Of a DNA stretch of 64,000 nt, positions 50,304-61,058 are shown one piece after another. The DNA comes from Patescibacteria group bacterium. Its GTDB lineage: Bacteria > Patescibacteriota > Patescibacteriia > UBA1558 > GWA2-36-10. A model generated the notes under the pieces. It was not told where the DNA came from. It saw only the letters and a program-made list of their open reading frames with translations, and ran no database searches. Made by a program: the position numbers and the translations under genes. The stretch is from assembly GCA_028718865.1 (NCBI GenBank), contig JAQUKX010000002.1:8047-72046 (forward strand). The letters are read 5' to 3'. Numbering within the stretch: position 1 is the first letter of the stretch; every line of letters starts with the position of its first letter.

Positions 50304-51016
50304 GAGAGTAAAAACTTAATTAAATATTGCGAATAATAAATTCCGGTTACCACAAATGTCGCGGCTACTGCATATCTGAACCACTTTTCGATTTTTTGAA
50401 CCGCCTGGAACGCTTTGCCAACGGCTTGCATGCTGAAAGCTATTAAAAAAGAGAAGATGATAACCGGCAGTCCGGTGCCTACGGCAAAAAGCGGCGGCAA
50501 AACAAGCCCGCCGGTTGATTTGAGCACCAGCGGAATTAAGACCCCAAAAAACAACACGCCGCTGTAAGGACAAAAGGCAAAGGCAAACAGCATGCCCAAG
50601 GCCAGCGCGCCCAGATGGCCCTTGTCCGCCAGCCATAATTTTACTTTTTCCATTGCTTGGCCGTTTCCTTTCAAATTGATTTTTATAACCCCGAACATCA
50701 CCAACCCGATGAGTATTAAAACCGGACCCAACACCTTGTCGCCCCAGCCTTGGAAAATTCTGGCAATTTGGAAAGACGAGAGCCCGAAATAAATCAGGGT
50801 CGCAAGCAAGGTATAGCTTATGCCTCTCCCCAGCGTATAAAAAAATCCGGACAGGATCGTATGCTTGGGTGTTTTTATGTCTTTGGAAATATAGGCGATG
50901 GCCGTAATGTTTGTCGCCAGAGGACAGGGGCTGATGGAAGTAAGTACTCCCAAAAGAAAGGCCGACAAAATCGGAATGTTGTAGTTGTCTATTAAAGCAT
51001 TTATAAATTCGGTCAT
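50300..51016 (-). CDS. ArsG/CcdA-like permease
   Basis: SISPCPLATNI and AFCPYSG motifs. Confidence 0.8.
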   Translation of the reverse strand: MTEFINALIDNYNIPILSAFLLGVLTSISPCPLATNITAIAYISKDIKTPKHTILSGFFYTLGRGISYTLLATLIYFGLSSFQIARIFQGWGDKVLGPVLILIGLVMFGVIKINLKGNGQAMEKVKLWLADKGHLGALALGMLFAFAFCPYSGVLFFGVLIPLVLKSTGGLVLPPLFAVGTGLPVIIFSFLIAFSMQAVGKAFQAVQKIEKWFRYAVAATFVVTGIYYSQYLIKFLLS

Positions 51017-51020
51017 AGCT

Positions 51021-51527
51021 TTAGGATTTGCCGAGCAGTTTTTTCAGCTTGGCTTCAAAGTAATCCACGAATTGCTGTTCATTGGTAACCAGCCGCCAGA
51101 CAGTTACATCCTCCTCGATCTTTTCGCTTTCGGCAGTAATTGCGTTGGTATAAAGAGATGATCCGCCAGCTTGATACTTCATGACTATATCCCTATTTTC
51201 GGCCAGTTCGCCATTCACATCTTTATAAACAATAACGCCGTTCTTGTATTCCTCCGGAAATTTTTCCTTGATAGTTTTGAGGGCGTATTCGCCGACGGTA
51301 ATGCATGACCAGCATTGCTGAGTGGCATGGAAGTGGACGACCTCTATTTTCTCGGCTGTTAGAATCCTCGATGAATATCCTTGATCGGACGACACGCTCT
51401 GATTGCTTTGGCTGTTTTGATTATCCGCGACAGCTTCGGACGATCTCGGCGATCCGGAGCTGGCGATGGCCAGGACGACGAGAACCCCGATGCCGATTAT
51501 TGATCCGATAATAATTTTTTTGTTCAT
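51021..51527 (-). CDS. ArsF-like thioredoxin-fold protein
   Basis: IEVVHFHATQQCWSC motif. Confidence 0.75.
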   Translation of the reverse strand: MNKKIIIGSIIGIGVLVVLAIASSGSPRSSEAVADNQNSQSNQSVSSDQGYSSRILTAEKIEVVHFHATQQCWSCITVGEYALKTIKEKFPEEYKNGVIVYKDVNGELAENRDIVMKYQAGGSSLYTNAITAESEKIEEDVTVWRLVTNEQQFVDYFEAKLKKLLGKS

Positions 51528-51531
51528 AATT

Positions 51532-52506
51532 TTATTTTACAAAGGCATTAAACAAATACCCGATTACGATTATATTTATGGTTGTTATTCCAAAAAAATA
51601 GACCAGCAGCTTTACTTTCATCACTCTCTTGAGGATGAGTGCTTCCGGCAGAGAAAGGCCGACCACCGCCATCATAAAGGCCATTGCCGTGCCAAGAGGG
51701 ATGCCTTTTTCAACAAGTGATTGCATAATCGGAATAACCCCGACAGCATTGGCATACATCGGCACAGCAACTATGGTGGCAATCGGCACGGCCAATAAAT
51801 TATCGGCGGTAATGTATTGTTCAAAAAATCCGGCTGGGACATAGCCGTGAATGAGCGCGCCAACGCCGATACCCAAAAGCACGTACGGAGTTATTTTCTT
51901 TGTTAAAGCCCATCCTTCTCGCCAGAATAATTTCAATAAGTCCCGGAAAGGTAGTTTATTTTTGGTAGTTTTGTTTTTCCGGCTCTTTATCTGCCAGACA
52001 TAATCAGCTACATATTTTTCCAGTTTGAGTTTGCCCAAAATAAAACCGCCGATTACGCCTAGCAGAATAGCCGCGACAACATACAGGATTGTTATTTTCC
52101 AACCAAACAATCCGGCAAACAGGACAACCGCGACTTGGTTCACGAGCGGCGAGGTGATGAGAAATGATAAGGTCACGCCAAGCGGAATACCGGTTTCCAG
52201 AAAACCAATAAAAAGAGGAATGGACGAGCAGGAGCAGAATGGCGTGATCGTGCCAAAAGCGGCGGCCAGCAAATAATCCAACCCATACCATTTCCTCGAA
52301 GCCAGAAAGTCGCGGAGCTTTTCAACCGGCAAGTAATGTCTGACAATGGCCATGAAATAGTTAATGACCAAAAGTAAGATAAGAATTTTCAGGGAATCGT
52401 AAATAAAAAAGTTAGCCGACGATCCAAGACGGGATTCCGGACCTATTTTAATAAGTCCATACGTCAGCCAATCGGCTAATAGTTGAAGTGGGTAAAAGAT
52501 GTCCAT
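51532..52506 (-). CDS. arsP: ArsP-family (DUF318) permease
   Basis: TPFCSCSSIP, VPMY, GLSLPE. Confidence 0.88.
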   Translation of the reverse strand: MDIFYPLQLLADWLTYGLIKIGPESRLGSSANFFIYDSLKILILLLVINYFMAIVRHYLPVEKLRDFLASRKWYGLDYLLAAAFGTITPFCSCSSIPLFIGFLETGIPLGVTLSFLITSPLVNQVAVVLFAGLFGWKITILYVVAAILLGVIGGFILGKLKLEKYVADYVWQIKSRKNKTTKNKLPFRDLLKLFWREGWALTKKITPYVLLGIGVGALIHGYVPAGFFEQYITADNLLAVPIATIVAVPMYANAVGVIPIMQSLVEKGIPLGTAMAFMMAVVGLSLPEALILKRVMKVKLLVYFFGITTINIIVIGYLFNAFVK

Positions 52507-52512
52507 ATCCTT

Positions 52513-52764
52513 TTATTTCGCGTTTTCTTTTATCAGTTGCTTAATTTTTTCAATGTCAGGCGTAAACCCGGTCATGGCCGGTTTGCCATTCACAGCCAGA
52601 ACCGGACTCGACATCACTCCCATCTCGACGATTTTTTGAATGTCGGTGATGTATTCCACTTCCACGCCGAGATTCATTTCGGCGACCGCTTCTTTCGTCA
52701 GTTCATACAGTTTTTTACAAGTCGAGCATCCCGATCCCAAGACTTGAATTTTGACGCTATTCAT
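52513..52764 (-). CDS. Small redox-active disulfide protein (MTH895/ArsE-like)
   Basis: IQVLGSGCSTCKKL, GVMSSP. Confidence 0.88.
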   Translation of the reverse strand: MNSVKIQVLGSGCSTCKKLYELTKEAVAEMNLGVEVEYITDIQKIVEMGVMSSPVLAVNGKPAMTGFTPDIEKIKQLIKENAK

Positions 52765-53071
52765 AGGATTGTAAAAATTTATTTAATAATGAATTGAATT
52801 TTGACATTTCTTTTTTGTTAATCCAATAAATCACCCTGAGCCCTTCTTTCCGGGAATCAATAAGACCTGCGTCTTTAAGCACTTTCAGGTGATGAGAGGC
52901 CAGGTTTTGAGGAATATCCAAATCCTGCCAGATATCGCAAACACAGCGTTCCCCGCCCTTAAGAACGCAAAGAATTTTCAGCCGGTTATCTTCGGCGATA
53001 ATTTTTAGAAGCTCGGCCGTTTGGCTTACTTCCTGACGGTTATTTTTGTCTGTGCAGCATTTTGGCTTCAT
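52757..53071 (-). CDS. arsR: ArsR/SmtB-family repressor
   Basis: ERCVCDI, SHHLKVLKDAGLI. Confidence 0.92.
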   Translation of the reverse strand: MKPKCCTDKNNRQEVSQTAELLKIIAEDNRLKILCVLKGGERCVCDIWQDLDIPQNLASHHLKVLKDAGLIDSRKEGLRVIYWINKKEMSKFNSLLNKFLQSYE

Positions 53072-53142
53072 ATCCTTATTACATCAATTTATATTGATAT
53101 AGTAGCAAAAAGAAAAAGAGCCGTAAAGCCCTTCTGAAAAAC

Positions 53143-53220
53143 GCGGCCGTTAAAATGTTCCGGGGAGAAGAACCATACAACGAGGAAGCCATGAGGTGGA
53201 TGGAAAAAGTCGAACATTAA
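53143..53220 (+). repeat. Island internal direct repeat, copy 3
   Basis: GCGGCCGTTAAAATGTTCCGGGGAGAAGAACCATACAACGAGGAAGC... Confidence 0.85.
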
Positions 53221-53324
53221 GCGTGGTGCGTATCTTACCTGCTCTCTGCTGTAAGATAAATTTATTTCGCACAATACAAAATTAAGTAAACCGAACCGGG
53301 TCGTGTTTACTTAACAAAGCCTCC

Positions 53325-53651
53325 TTATCCAAACACGAACACTTTATCAGATTCTTCAACCACCTTGAGCAAATCGGTCATGGTAGAGACGGGACAGACT
53401 CCGGCTTCCTTTTTGCCGCGAATTTCCAAACATGTACCACAAGCATACAGCTTTCCTTTCAATTCCTTGTATTCCGCAACTTTCTTTGAGATGTCGAAGT
53501 GTTCCGTGTCGGCAATAGTATCAAGCTCGGATCCCTCGCTCATCAAAAATATAGTCACATCATGACTGGCTTTAAGCGAAGTGATGCCGAAACGAAATGT
53601 GTTCCAAATATGTTCCGGGTTGTTGGATTGTAAGATTATACCGAACTTCAT
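53325..53651 (-). CDS. DsrE-family sulfur relay protein
   Basis: IFLMSEG, ACGTCLEIRG, ESDKV. Confidence 0.88.
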   Translation of the reverse strand: MKFGIILQSNNPEHIWNTFRFGITSLKASHDVTIFLMSEGSELDTIADTEHFDISKKVAEYKELKGKLYACGTCLEIRGKKEAGVCPVSTMTDLLKVVEESDKVFVFG

Positions 53652-53688
53652 AAGTCTATTGTAGCAAAAAAGATAAAATTTAAAAATA

Positions 53689-54408
53689 TCACGGCCAAAG
53701 AATTAACTTAATGCCTATGGCGAGAAGAAAAATGGCAATAATGACACGGAACTTATTCTGCGGTATCCGGTCAACGATCCTTTTTGCGATCTGCGCTCCG
53801 AAAAAAGAGACTGGAATAAAAAGAATCAGTCCGTACCACAACTCTCTCGGCAATGTCGCGCCTCCGGTGAAATAGGTAATAATACGAGTAGAGTCTACCA
53901 ACAGCCCAATCGCTCCGGCGGTAGCGATGAAAACGGCTTTAGGCAAGTCAAAAGCAGAAAGAAACGCACTCCGGATTGCGCCACCAATGCCGAACATCCC
54001 GGCAAAGAATCCCGACAAAGCTCCGCCGGATATTGCTGTGATATTCCCGGCCGGTATTTTGAACTTTGACTGAAAGGCCACGAACAAGGCATATCCGGCT
54101 AGAAACGCGCCGAGGACACGAAGCAGTATTTCCTCATTTACACCGAGCGAGATATATGCGCCAAGATAACTTGTTGCAAGACCAACTAAACCGAAGAGTA
54201 CGAGTAGCCGAACATTAAATCCTTTGCGGAACAGCGAGACTTTCCATACATCGCCGAACCAATGGATAATCGCCACTAAAAATATCGCCTCGACCGGCGG
54301 AAAGAATATCACCAACACCGGAATCATGAGCGTGGATGTTCCGAAGCCAGTAATTGTGCCGATGGTAGCGGCTACGAGTGTTAAGATTGAGATGTATAAA
54401 ATTTCCAT
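53689..54408 (-). CDS. TauE/SafE-family sulfite exporter
   Basis: TITGFG, GMFGIGG; about 8 TM. Confidence 0.88.
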   Translation of the reverse strand: MEILYISILTLVAATIGTITGFGTSTLMIPVLVIFFPPVEAIFLVAIIHWFGDVWKVSLFRKGFNVRLLVLFGLVGLATSYLGAYISLGVNEEILLRVLGAFLAGYALFVAFQSKFKIPAGNITAISGGALSGFFAGMFGIGGAIRSAFLSAFDLPKAVFIATAGAIGLLVDSTRIITYFTGGATLPRELWYGLILFIPVSFFGAQIAKRIVDRIPQNKFRVIIAIFLLAIGIKLILWP

Positions 54409-54411
54409 AGA

Positions 54412-54717
54412 TTATTTTTGTGTATCCCGATGTTCCAAGAGTTTCTCGGCTGGGGAGATACCGCCAAGAATTTCATGTGGGAAGTAATTCCAAGCATCGG
54501 TGACCAGCTCAAGCACGTTGCTTAATTCTGAAGCGTCTCCGCCGCGATCAAACATAGCCACTACTTTCATCATGCCGTCGTTATCTTCTTCGTTGTAAAT
54601 GGCGTCCCGGACATGATCTAAGGTAAACTCACTCCCTGTTTCTTTTAGCATTTCCGCGAGCTCCTGCTCGATCTCTTTTCTCCGTTCAAAAATTTGTTGT
54701 TTAGATTCGATTTCCAT
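54412..54717 (-). CDS. Hypothetical protein
   Basis: 101 aa; DAWNYFPH..LGGISPAE. Confidence 0.7.
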   Translation of the reverse strand: MEIESKQQIFERRKEIEQELAEMLKETGSEFTLDHVRDAIYNEEDNDGMMKVVAMFDRGGDASELSNVLELVTDAWNYFPHEILGGISPAEKLLEHRDTQK

Positions 54718-54759
54718 AAATTATTCGACCCGACCTGTTTGCGCGCAAGCAGAACCCCC

Positions 54760-55626
54760 TTAAACTTTTACTGGGCTAAGCTCTTTTGGAAAAATCATTA
54801 CCTCTCTGCCGATTTTAGATTCATATGCGTTGTGTTGAATAGCAAAACCCCTCAGGCGCATTGATGCATATAAATTTTTAATATACGGCACATCATCGTA
54901 AGTCATGATCCATTTTTTGAATGATGATTCTCCCAAAAATTCTGATAGATTTTCGTGATCTTTGTTGCTGTAATGGTTTAGATATAGTGACTGTCCTTTC
55001 TGGAAATATGGCGGATCAAGAAATATAAAATGTTGATTTTTATTTTTGCGTCCTTCCATTTTTTTTAACAATTCTATTCCGTCCAGATTGTATACTTCAA
55101 TTTTATTACGAAATTCTTTAACCTTTTCCAATCGGTCAATGATAGTCTGTTTGGTAAAGCGTGCGTTTACTTTCCATGTTCCGGATTGATCAATTCCTCC
55201 TATCGGTCCGCCATTCATGATCCCTGAACGGTTTGTTCTGTTTAAAAATAGAGTGGCAAATGCAAGTTTACGGTCGCTTTTTGTAGATGTATAAATTGTT
55301 TTTTGTCTTCTCCATTCCTCTATGGTAACCTCGGTCCGCTTTATCTTACCGATTAAATAATCGGCATCAGAAACAGCTATTTTCCAAAAAGTAAAAATTG
55401 CTTTATCAAGATCATTGATAACAATTTTTTCTACTTTTTTGGCAAATAGTAGAGCAAGCGAAGCGCCCGCTCCTCCCGCATATGGTTCCACCAAAACAAC
55501 TTTTTCTTTTTGATCGAAGTTTTTCTCTATTGCCTCAAGCAGTTTATTGGCAAGACGGGTCTTCCCGCCAGGGTAACGCAGAGGGCTGGAGAAACCCGAT
55601 ATTTTTTTGTCAGTTTCTTTTTTCAT
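54760..55626 (-). CDS. D12-class (Dam-like) DNA adenine methyltransferase
   Basis: SPLRYPGGK, EPYAGGA, FLDPPY. Confidence 0.93.
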   Translation of the reverse strand: MKKETDKKISGFSSPLRYPGGKTRLANKLLEAIEKNFDQKEKVVLVEPYAGGAGASLALLFAKKVEKIVINDLDKAIFTFWKIAVSDADYLIGKIKRTEVTIEEWRRQKTIYTSTKSDRKLAFATLFLNRTNRSGIMNGGPIGGIDQSGTWKVNARFTKQTIIDRLEKVKEFRNKIEVYNLDGIELLKKMEGRKNKNQHFIFLDPPYFQKGQSLYLNHYSNKDHENLSEFLGESSFKKWIMTYDDVPYIKNLYASMRLRGFAIQHNAYESKIGREVMIFPKELSPVKV

Positions 55627-56972
55627 TTTTTTGCGTGCGTAATGTTCAACATCGCTCCGATGATAATCGACATTCCTACAGTTTGCTCAAAATTTGCAGA
55701 ATTGGCATAGTTATGCGCACCGGATTGCAATAACTGAATCAAACCCTTTGCGTTAATAATACTGTTGTTCGCCAGGGTTGTCTTCTGGTCTTGTGTCAAT
55801 TGTTTTTTTGCATTTTCGTAATTGGCATTCACGTAATCCGCTATTCCTTTTGTTTTCGGAGTAGCAGATTCGATGAGTAATCGTAATGACATTCTGATCA
55901 ATGCAGGAAAATTTTTTGATAATTTGTCCGTATTTTTTGAGTAAAAGTCATATAGGTCCAAAACGTCCATATAGATATTATTTGCGTCTCCTTTTTTCAG
56001 CACCAAATCCTGTCCGAATAGTGCTTGCACTTTATTCTTTTCTCTCGCTGTTTTCCTTGGCGCAGGCAGTTCTGCTTTCTTCTTTTCTACCTCGGTACTC
56101 TTCTTGGTAACAGAAAAACTGGGGTCTATCTCTGCAAAGACATTTTCAACTAGCCAATCTTGAGTAGCTTGTGCTGGTACCTTGTGCGGATCTGTAATAT
56201 AAGGAACCAAGAGCTTTAGTTTTTTGTCTGATTCATTTCGGTTTGTAAATGTTATATCCCCTTTATTATTGGTTGAGTAATCCAAAAGTTTCTTTCCATT
56301 TGTACTTAGAATCAAACGGTCTATTTTGTTGAAACCAGACTTGAGTAATTCTTCCTCATCTTTGTCTGTCCTGATTTGTTCTAAAATCTGTTCGTAGAAA
56401 AATAGTTTCTCAAGCTCTTTCTTAAAGAGCGTAGGCGTTACCCCATACTCGGAAGAAGCAGAATCAATATCATACTCCCCGGAATCTATCAAATTTCTGT
56501 ACATTCTGAGTTTTTGTAATACTTGCCAAGGTTTTAGAAGCTGATTGACATGAATATCCCAAATTTCTTTCTCTGCTTCCTTGCGAGAGGGGGCAATGGT
56601 AATCTTTACATTCTTGAGTTCTTGTTTATTAGTAATCTTATTTAGTTCCTCTAGTTCCTTTTTATCCCGAGCATTTGGTGCAAGCTCGGGTTTAAGTAAA
56701 AGTTGGCATGCTGCTAACCGACGATTTCCGTCCAAGACTATTGTCCGTCCGTTTTCTTTACAGACAATCGCAACGGCACTTCTGTGGTAGCCATTATTTG
56801 CAATATTTCTCGCGATTCTCAAAATATCCTCTTTATCCAAAAGATAGTTCCTAACTTGAGTAATATCGTTTTGATCTCTGACATGTTTTGGTAGGCGTGG
56901 ATTTTGCAAATCCAATTCTAAAGTTGCAACATCAACAATGTCATCCTTCCAATTGTTTCTTGTTTTTGCCAT
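55623..56972 (-). CDS. ParB/Srx-like N-terminal domain protein with a HEPN-like C-terminus
   Basis: LDLQNPR, VLDGNRRLAA; C-terminal LRLLIE...SGAHNY. Confidence 0.7.
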   Translation of the reverse strand: MAKTRNNWKDDIVDVATLELDLQNPRLPKHVRDQNDITQVRNYLLDKEDILRIARNIANNGYHRSAVAIVCKENGRTIVLDGNRRLAACQLLLKPELAPNARDKKELEELNKITNKQELKNVKITIAPSRKEAEKEIWDIHVNQLLKPWQVLQKLRMYRNLIDSGEYDIDSASSEYGVTPTLFKKELEKLFFYEQILEQIRTDKDEEELLKSGFNKIDRLILSTNGKKLLDYSTNNKGDITFTNRNESDKKLKLLVPYITDPHKVPAQATQDWLVENVFAEIDPSFSVTKKSTEVEKKKAELPAPRKTAREKNKVQALFGQDLVLKKGDANNIYMDVLDLYDFYSKNTDKLSKNFPALIRMSLRLLIESATPKTKGIADYVNANYENAKKQLTQDQKTTLANNSIINAKGLIQLLQSGAHNYANSANFEQTVGMSIIIGAMLNITHAKK

Positions 56973-57072
56973 ATACGATTATTTATATTATAGCGAGTTT
57001 TTGAATATTTTTCGATAGCATAAATTTATTTTTACTCCGGAAACTTACCGCCCGAAATATCAAAAGCTCGTA

Positions 57073-58236
57073 TTACCGATTACCTTTTGCCCGATTATGG
57101 GTTTTACACAGCATCTCACAATTTTTTACATCAGTAGCACCACCCTTGCTCCAAGCCGAAACATGATCGGCGTCCATATCTGCCAAAGTCCAAATTTTAT
57201 CCTTGTTTGCATCATGACCAATCGCGCAATGTGAGCAGTTCGAAATACCTTTCTTTTTTGCGGCGGCAGTTTGAGCCTCATACACCGAACGTTTTGTTGA
57301 GTCTTCAAATACTCGAACTTCAAGCAATTTTGTTTCTACTTCTCCACCTAAAACATATTCGAAAATACCTTTACGACTTTTCACGAAACCATCGGCATAG
57401 AGTTTCTGAACCTTAGCAGAAACTGTTGCGGGGTTATATTTTTTCTTGTGGTACGTCTGATACAGCCTGTTCCATTCAAGACCCTTCATTTCACTTTCAA
57501 CGTCTGTGAAGGTAGTCGAAACCCAATCGATAACAGTCTCGAAATGCTTTTTTAGTTCAGTGATGTTTTTGTCGTTACGATGTTTACTCATGTAGCTATC
57601 GATTTCTCCATCAGAGACCCAATCTAAAGCCCGTTCTAAATATGCTTGACGTTTGATATCACCTGCGATGTAGGTACTCCATTTCTGAATGTTGGTATTT
57701 TGACTATTACTAAATTCTTCGCGAGCGCGAGTGACAAATGGCCCAGAATATACTGCATTAAGAATCTCTTGTTCGGTTAATGGTACTCCAGCGATATTAA
57801 TAGTCTTAAACCAATCCTTGATCTCAGGCTCGTCACCTTTACACAAATACACTAACAATCTGGCGTCCATTATTTGCTCGCGCTGACTAGTAGCCATACC
57901 ACTGTAATATTGTTCATGACCATTCTTATCTTTGACAGCAAACTTGCCTGTCACGAACCGACCGATGCTAGTGATGCGTTGCTGTCCATCGAGCACTTCA
58001 AATTTATCAGTACCAACTTGGTTAAAATAAATTAAACCTATTGGGTAACCTTTCAAAATTGAGTCAATTACGGCAACATCACGTTTGCCATCAGCGTAAA
58101 TGTAGTTACGCTGATACTCTGGCTGAATAGTTAGTTTACCCGAGAGACCAAACAACCCTTTTCCTTCGAGTTCGTTATAGACGAAGCCGTCGCAAACTTC
58201 TTTTATCGTGATGTCATTTTTTAGTGTGGTTTTCAT
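57073..58236 (-). CDS. DUF262 (GmrS-like) plus HNH endonuclease
   Basis: [22 protein letters not shown]; DADHV...GG...[10 protein letters not shown]. Confidence 0.9.
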   Translation of the reverse strand: MKTTLKNDITIKEVCDGFVYNELEGKGLFGLSGKLTIQPEYQRNYIYADGKRDVAVIDSILKGYPIGLIYFNQVGTDKFEVLDGQQRITSIGRFVTGKFAVKDKNGHEQYYSGMATSQREQIMDARLLVYLCKGDEPEIKDWFKTINIAGVPLTEQEILNAVYSGPFVTRAREEFSNSQNTNIQKWSTYIAGDIKRQAYLERALDWVSDGEIDSYMSKHRNDKNITELKKHFETVIDWVSTTFTDVESEMKGLEWNRLYQTYHKKKYNPATVSAKVQKLYADGFVKSRKGIFEYVLGGEVETKLLEVRVFEDSTKRSVYEAQTAAAKKKGISNCSHCAIGHDANKDKIWTLADMDADHVSAWSKGGATDVKNCEMLCKTHNRAKGNR

Positions 58237-58238
58237 AA

Positions 58239-59429
58239 TTATTTTTTCTTGTGCTTAATTAAGACTCTCTGATAAACTTTTTCTCTCAACCCATCGCGGA
58301 GTACTACGCCACTAGCATTCAAATCGTACACACCTTTCTTACCAAACTTATCTAAATATGCTTGCTTGCACTCCGCAGAGGTGTAGACTTTTGTTTTTTG
58401 CTTGTATAAATCCTCATTTTCACACATTCCCACAATTTCAAACTGCTCAGGGGAATACTTATCAAGAAAACTAATTGGGACACCCATGATGTTTTTGTAA
58501 TCACTCGGAATATTTTTTACCAACGAAACTTCAATTGCGTTATAGTTCTCGTATTTTTCAAACTCCTTGTTTGTTGAGAACTTAATAACATCCGATTTTT
58601 TCATCAAAGGAATCGGTTGATGAAGTCGTCCGTGATCAAGGTTCGTGAACCAACGAACACCTTGAACTCTTGTTATGTATACTTTTTTACCTTTTTCATC
58701 GGTTTTAATTTCACGAACTTGATCTAGGTTTGCAACAGCTTCTGGAATCTCATAAAACATTGCACCGCCATTAACTCTTGCGTTGTTTCCGAGCCATACC
58801 TTATTTTCTTTTATCATTGGAAAAACTTCCTTATAGGTTATTGCATTGAGATTACCAATGATTAGAAAATGTTTTTTATGATCAAAAAGTTGCGTAATAT
58901 ATTCACGAAATAAACTAAATGGAGGATTGGTGACTACGATGTCAGATTGTTTGAGCAACTCGACACACTCGTCGCTTCTAAAGTCGCCATCACCCTCAAG
59001 CGGAGTCCATTCGTTGTTTTTGTTAGTTCTAAGCTGTTGGGCAATATCTTCTAGTGTAAAAGAGCCGTCGCCGTCCACATCACCAACTTCGTTGATAATA
59101 AATTTATTAGCGACAATTTTTGGTCGCCCTTTGACAGGTTCGAGGGTAATATCATCACCAAATAGTCCTAGTTGAGTATTTGCAACTGGTGACGGTTTGT
59201 AGCTAGTTGCAATAAGTCTTTTCAACCCTAATCTTTTAAAATTTAGGACGAAGTAGCGAAAGAAATTGCTTTCAAATGGGTCGTCGCAGTTGCTGTAAAC
59301 CACCTTACCTTTAAAAGTATTTGGGTCATACTCAAGATAAGACTCGACTTCTTTTTGGATATCTAAAAATTGAGTATAAAATTCATCATTTTTTGCCTTC
59401 TTTGCATTTGTAAGATTTTTGTTTGCCAT
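58239..59429 (-). CDS. Adenine-specific methyltransferase, EcoRI family
   Basis: [30 protein letters not shown]. Confidence 0.9.
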   Translation of the reverse strand: MANKNLTNAKKAKNDEFYTQFLDIQKEVESYLEYDPNTFKGKVVYSNCDDPFESNFFRYFVLNFKRLGLKRLIATSYKPSPVANTQLGLFGDDITLEPVKGRPKIVANKFIINEVGDVDGDGSFTLEDIAQQLRTNKNNEWTPLEGDGDFRSDECVELLKQSDIVVTNPPFSLFREYITQLFDHKKHFLIIGNLNAITYKEVFPMIKENKVWLGNNARVNGGAMFYEIPEAVANLDQVREIKTDEKGKKVYITRVQGVRWFTNLDHGRLHQPIPLMKKSDVIKFSTNKEFEKYENYNAIEVSLVKNIPSDYKNIMGVPISFLDKYSPEQFEIVGMCENEDLYKQKTKVYTSAECKQAYLDKFGKKGVYDLNASGVVLRDGLREKVYQRVLIKHKKK

Positions 59430-59578
59430 AAATTTATTTTTCGCTCTCAGCTCGAGCTTTTAACAAAAATATAGTTTCGGACTTCAATTTCGCCCGAGCC
59501 CAGTCTTTTTTGGCTGTTTTGATAGTCATTTGATGGTTTGTCATGTAGTGAAAATAAAATATCGGGAAAGTGCCCAAT

Positions 59579-61054
59579 TTAAGAGGAGGAAATGCCCTTA
59601 TCTGTTTTATTATCAACCCCCCTTGAAAATAAACCCTTAGGAACCTCCTGGCCGGGCTTCCGGTAATAACTGTCCTTTTTAGCCTTGCCAATTTTTTCCA
59701 ACAAGCCCTTATCAACCCAACCACGTAATAACCGGGACATTTTCAAAACATCACTAACTCCGGTTATCTCCCGTGCCTTTTTATTGATAATGCGGTAATT
59801 TTCATCAAGATATTTACTGACGGTATCCCAGTATTCAATCTTATGCATATTGAGAAGTAAGAGTAGAACTGAATTCGGTCTTAGTGTTGGAGGAAAAAAT
59901 AATGGCTCGTATAGATTTTGTTCTTTCATAACCTTAAACATACGATCAACACCTTCGCCGATGTCAAGATTAGGTGCCGTCTGGAAACGGTTCAACGTTC
60001 GTAGGATTAAAGGATTACGAGCAAAACGCTCGGCCCTGATATTTTCAACAGTGATATGGCCGGGGTAAGTTCCGGGACTCTCAACTTCAACACGATCATC
60101 AAAAAACCGCACCTGAATGTCATCTTGCACAAAATAATTCCTATGAATAACCGCATTGGTTATTGCTTCTTGAAATGCCCATTCCGGTATCAAAAAGGTT
60201 GGATTGAAAGAAGCTCCGCTTAATTTGGGAGGTGAACTTTTTACAATTCCCCGAAAATACTCAATAGCTTGTTCAATTTGCTTCATCAGAGGCCCTTCGA
60301 TGGTGAATGGCCGAGTGACAAAGTTTGGCTTACCGGTGTAAGTCGGTTTTGTTCCGTAATAATGAGAAACTTTTATTCCGCATTTACTTGTTAGGGCGAC
60401 TGAGGGGTTCTTCCCAAAAAGCAAAAGTCCGGCTTTAGTCAGCTCGTATTTGCCATTACCACCGACGGCCAGGCCGTTGTCTTTCAAAAACTGCCAATCA
60501 TCTAAGCCTGTGCTCGAGGTATCCTTTTTATATTGAGCGAGGAGATCGTGGTCTAAATTTTCAAGGGAAGTAGTGCCGGATTTTTCGCTCTCGTACTTAA
60601 TTGCACCTTTTTCGTATTTAAGGCGCATTATTTCTGTCGAACCAATCTTTACATTTTGTCTCCCTTTTCTGACAAAAGTATCCCCTCGTTTAAGTGAATG
60701 AACATCATTACTCTTTTTGATATTGAGTACCAAGAGCTTGTCCGCCTGTCCTTGAGCATTCGTGATATCAAGCTCGAATTTTCCCCACAGTATAAGCGGC
60801 GGCTCAATTTCTTTATCAATTAGCTTAAGAAAATCGGAAACATTATCTGGATTTTCGCTGATTCCTAGAAGCCGTTTGTCCCCTTGGGCTTTAGCCGGAT
60901 CTTCCAAACCGACTACTATAAAACCACCGTCCGCATTAGCGAAACCGACTACTGTTTCCAAAAAGTCGGCCGGTCTAATCGCGGCTCGTTTACATTCAAA
61001 AGTTTGCCACTCTTGGGTATCCAGAAATATTTTTACTATGTCTTTATCTTCCAT
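59579..61054 (-). CDS. AlbA_2 (Schlafen-like) + HATPase-like + HTH protein
   Basis: EWQTFECK, GFANADGG..VVG, EAITNAVIHRNY, ESPG, ARNP, GEGVDRM. Confidence 0.88.
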   Translation of the reverse strand: MEDKDIVKIFLDTQEWQTFECKRAAIRPADFLETVVGFANADGGFIVVGLEDPAKAQGDKRLLGISENPDNVSDFLKLIDKEIEPPLILWGKFELDITNAQGQADKLLVLNIKKSNDVHSLKRGDTFVRKGRQNVKIGSTEIMRLKYEKGAIKYESEKSGTTSLENLDHDLLAQYKKDTSSTGLDDWQFLKDNGLAVGGNGKYELTKAGLLLFGKNPSVALTSKCGIKVSHYYGTKPTYTGKPNFVTRPFTIEGPLMKQIEQAIEYFRGIVKSSPPKLSGASFNPTFLIPEWAFQEAITNAVIHRNYFVQDDIQVRFFDDRVEVESPGTYPGHITVENIRAERFARNPLILRTLNRFQTAPNLDIGEGVDRMFKVMKEQNLYEPLFFPPTLRPNSVLLLLLNMHKIEYWDTVSKYLDENYRIINKKAREITGVSDVLKMSRLLRGWVDKGLLEKIGKAKKDSYYRKPGQEVPKGLFSRGVDNKTDKGISSS

Positions 61055-61058
61055 ATGA

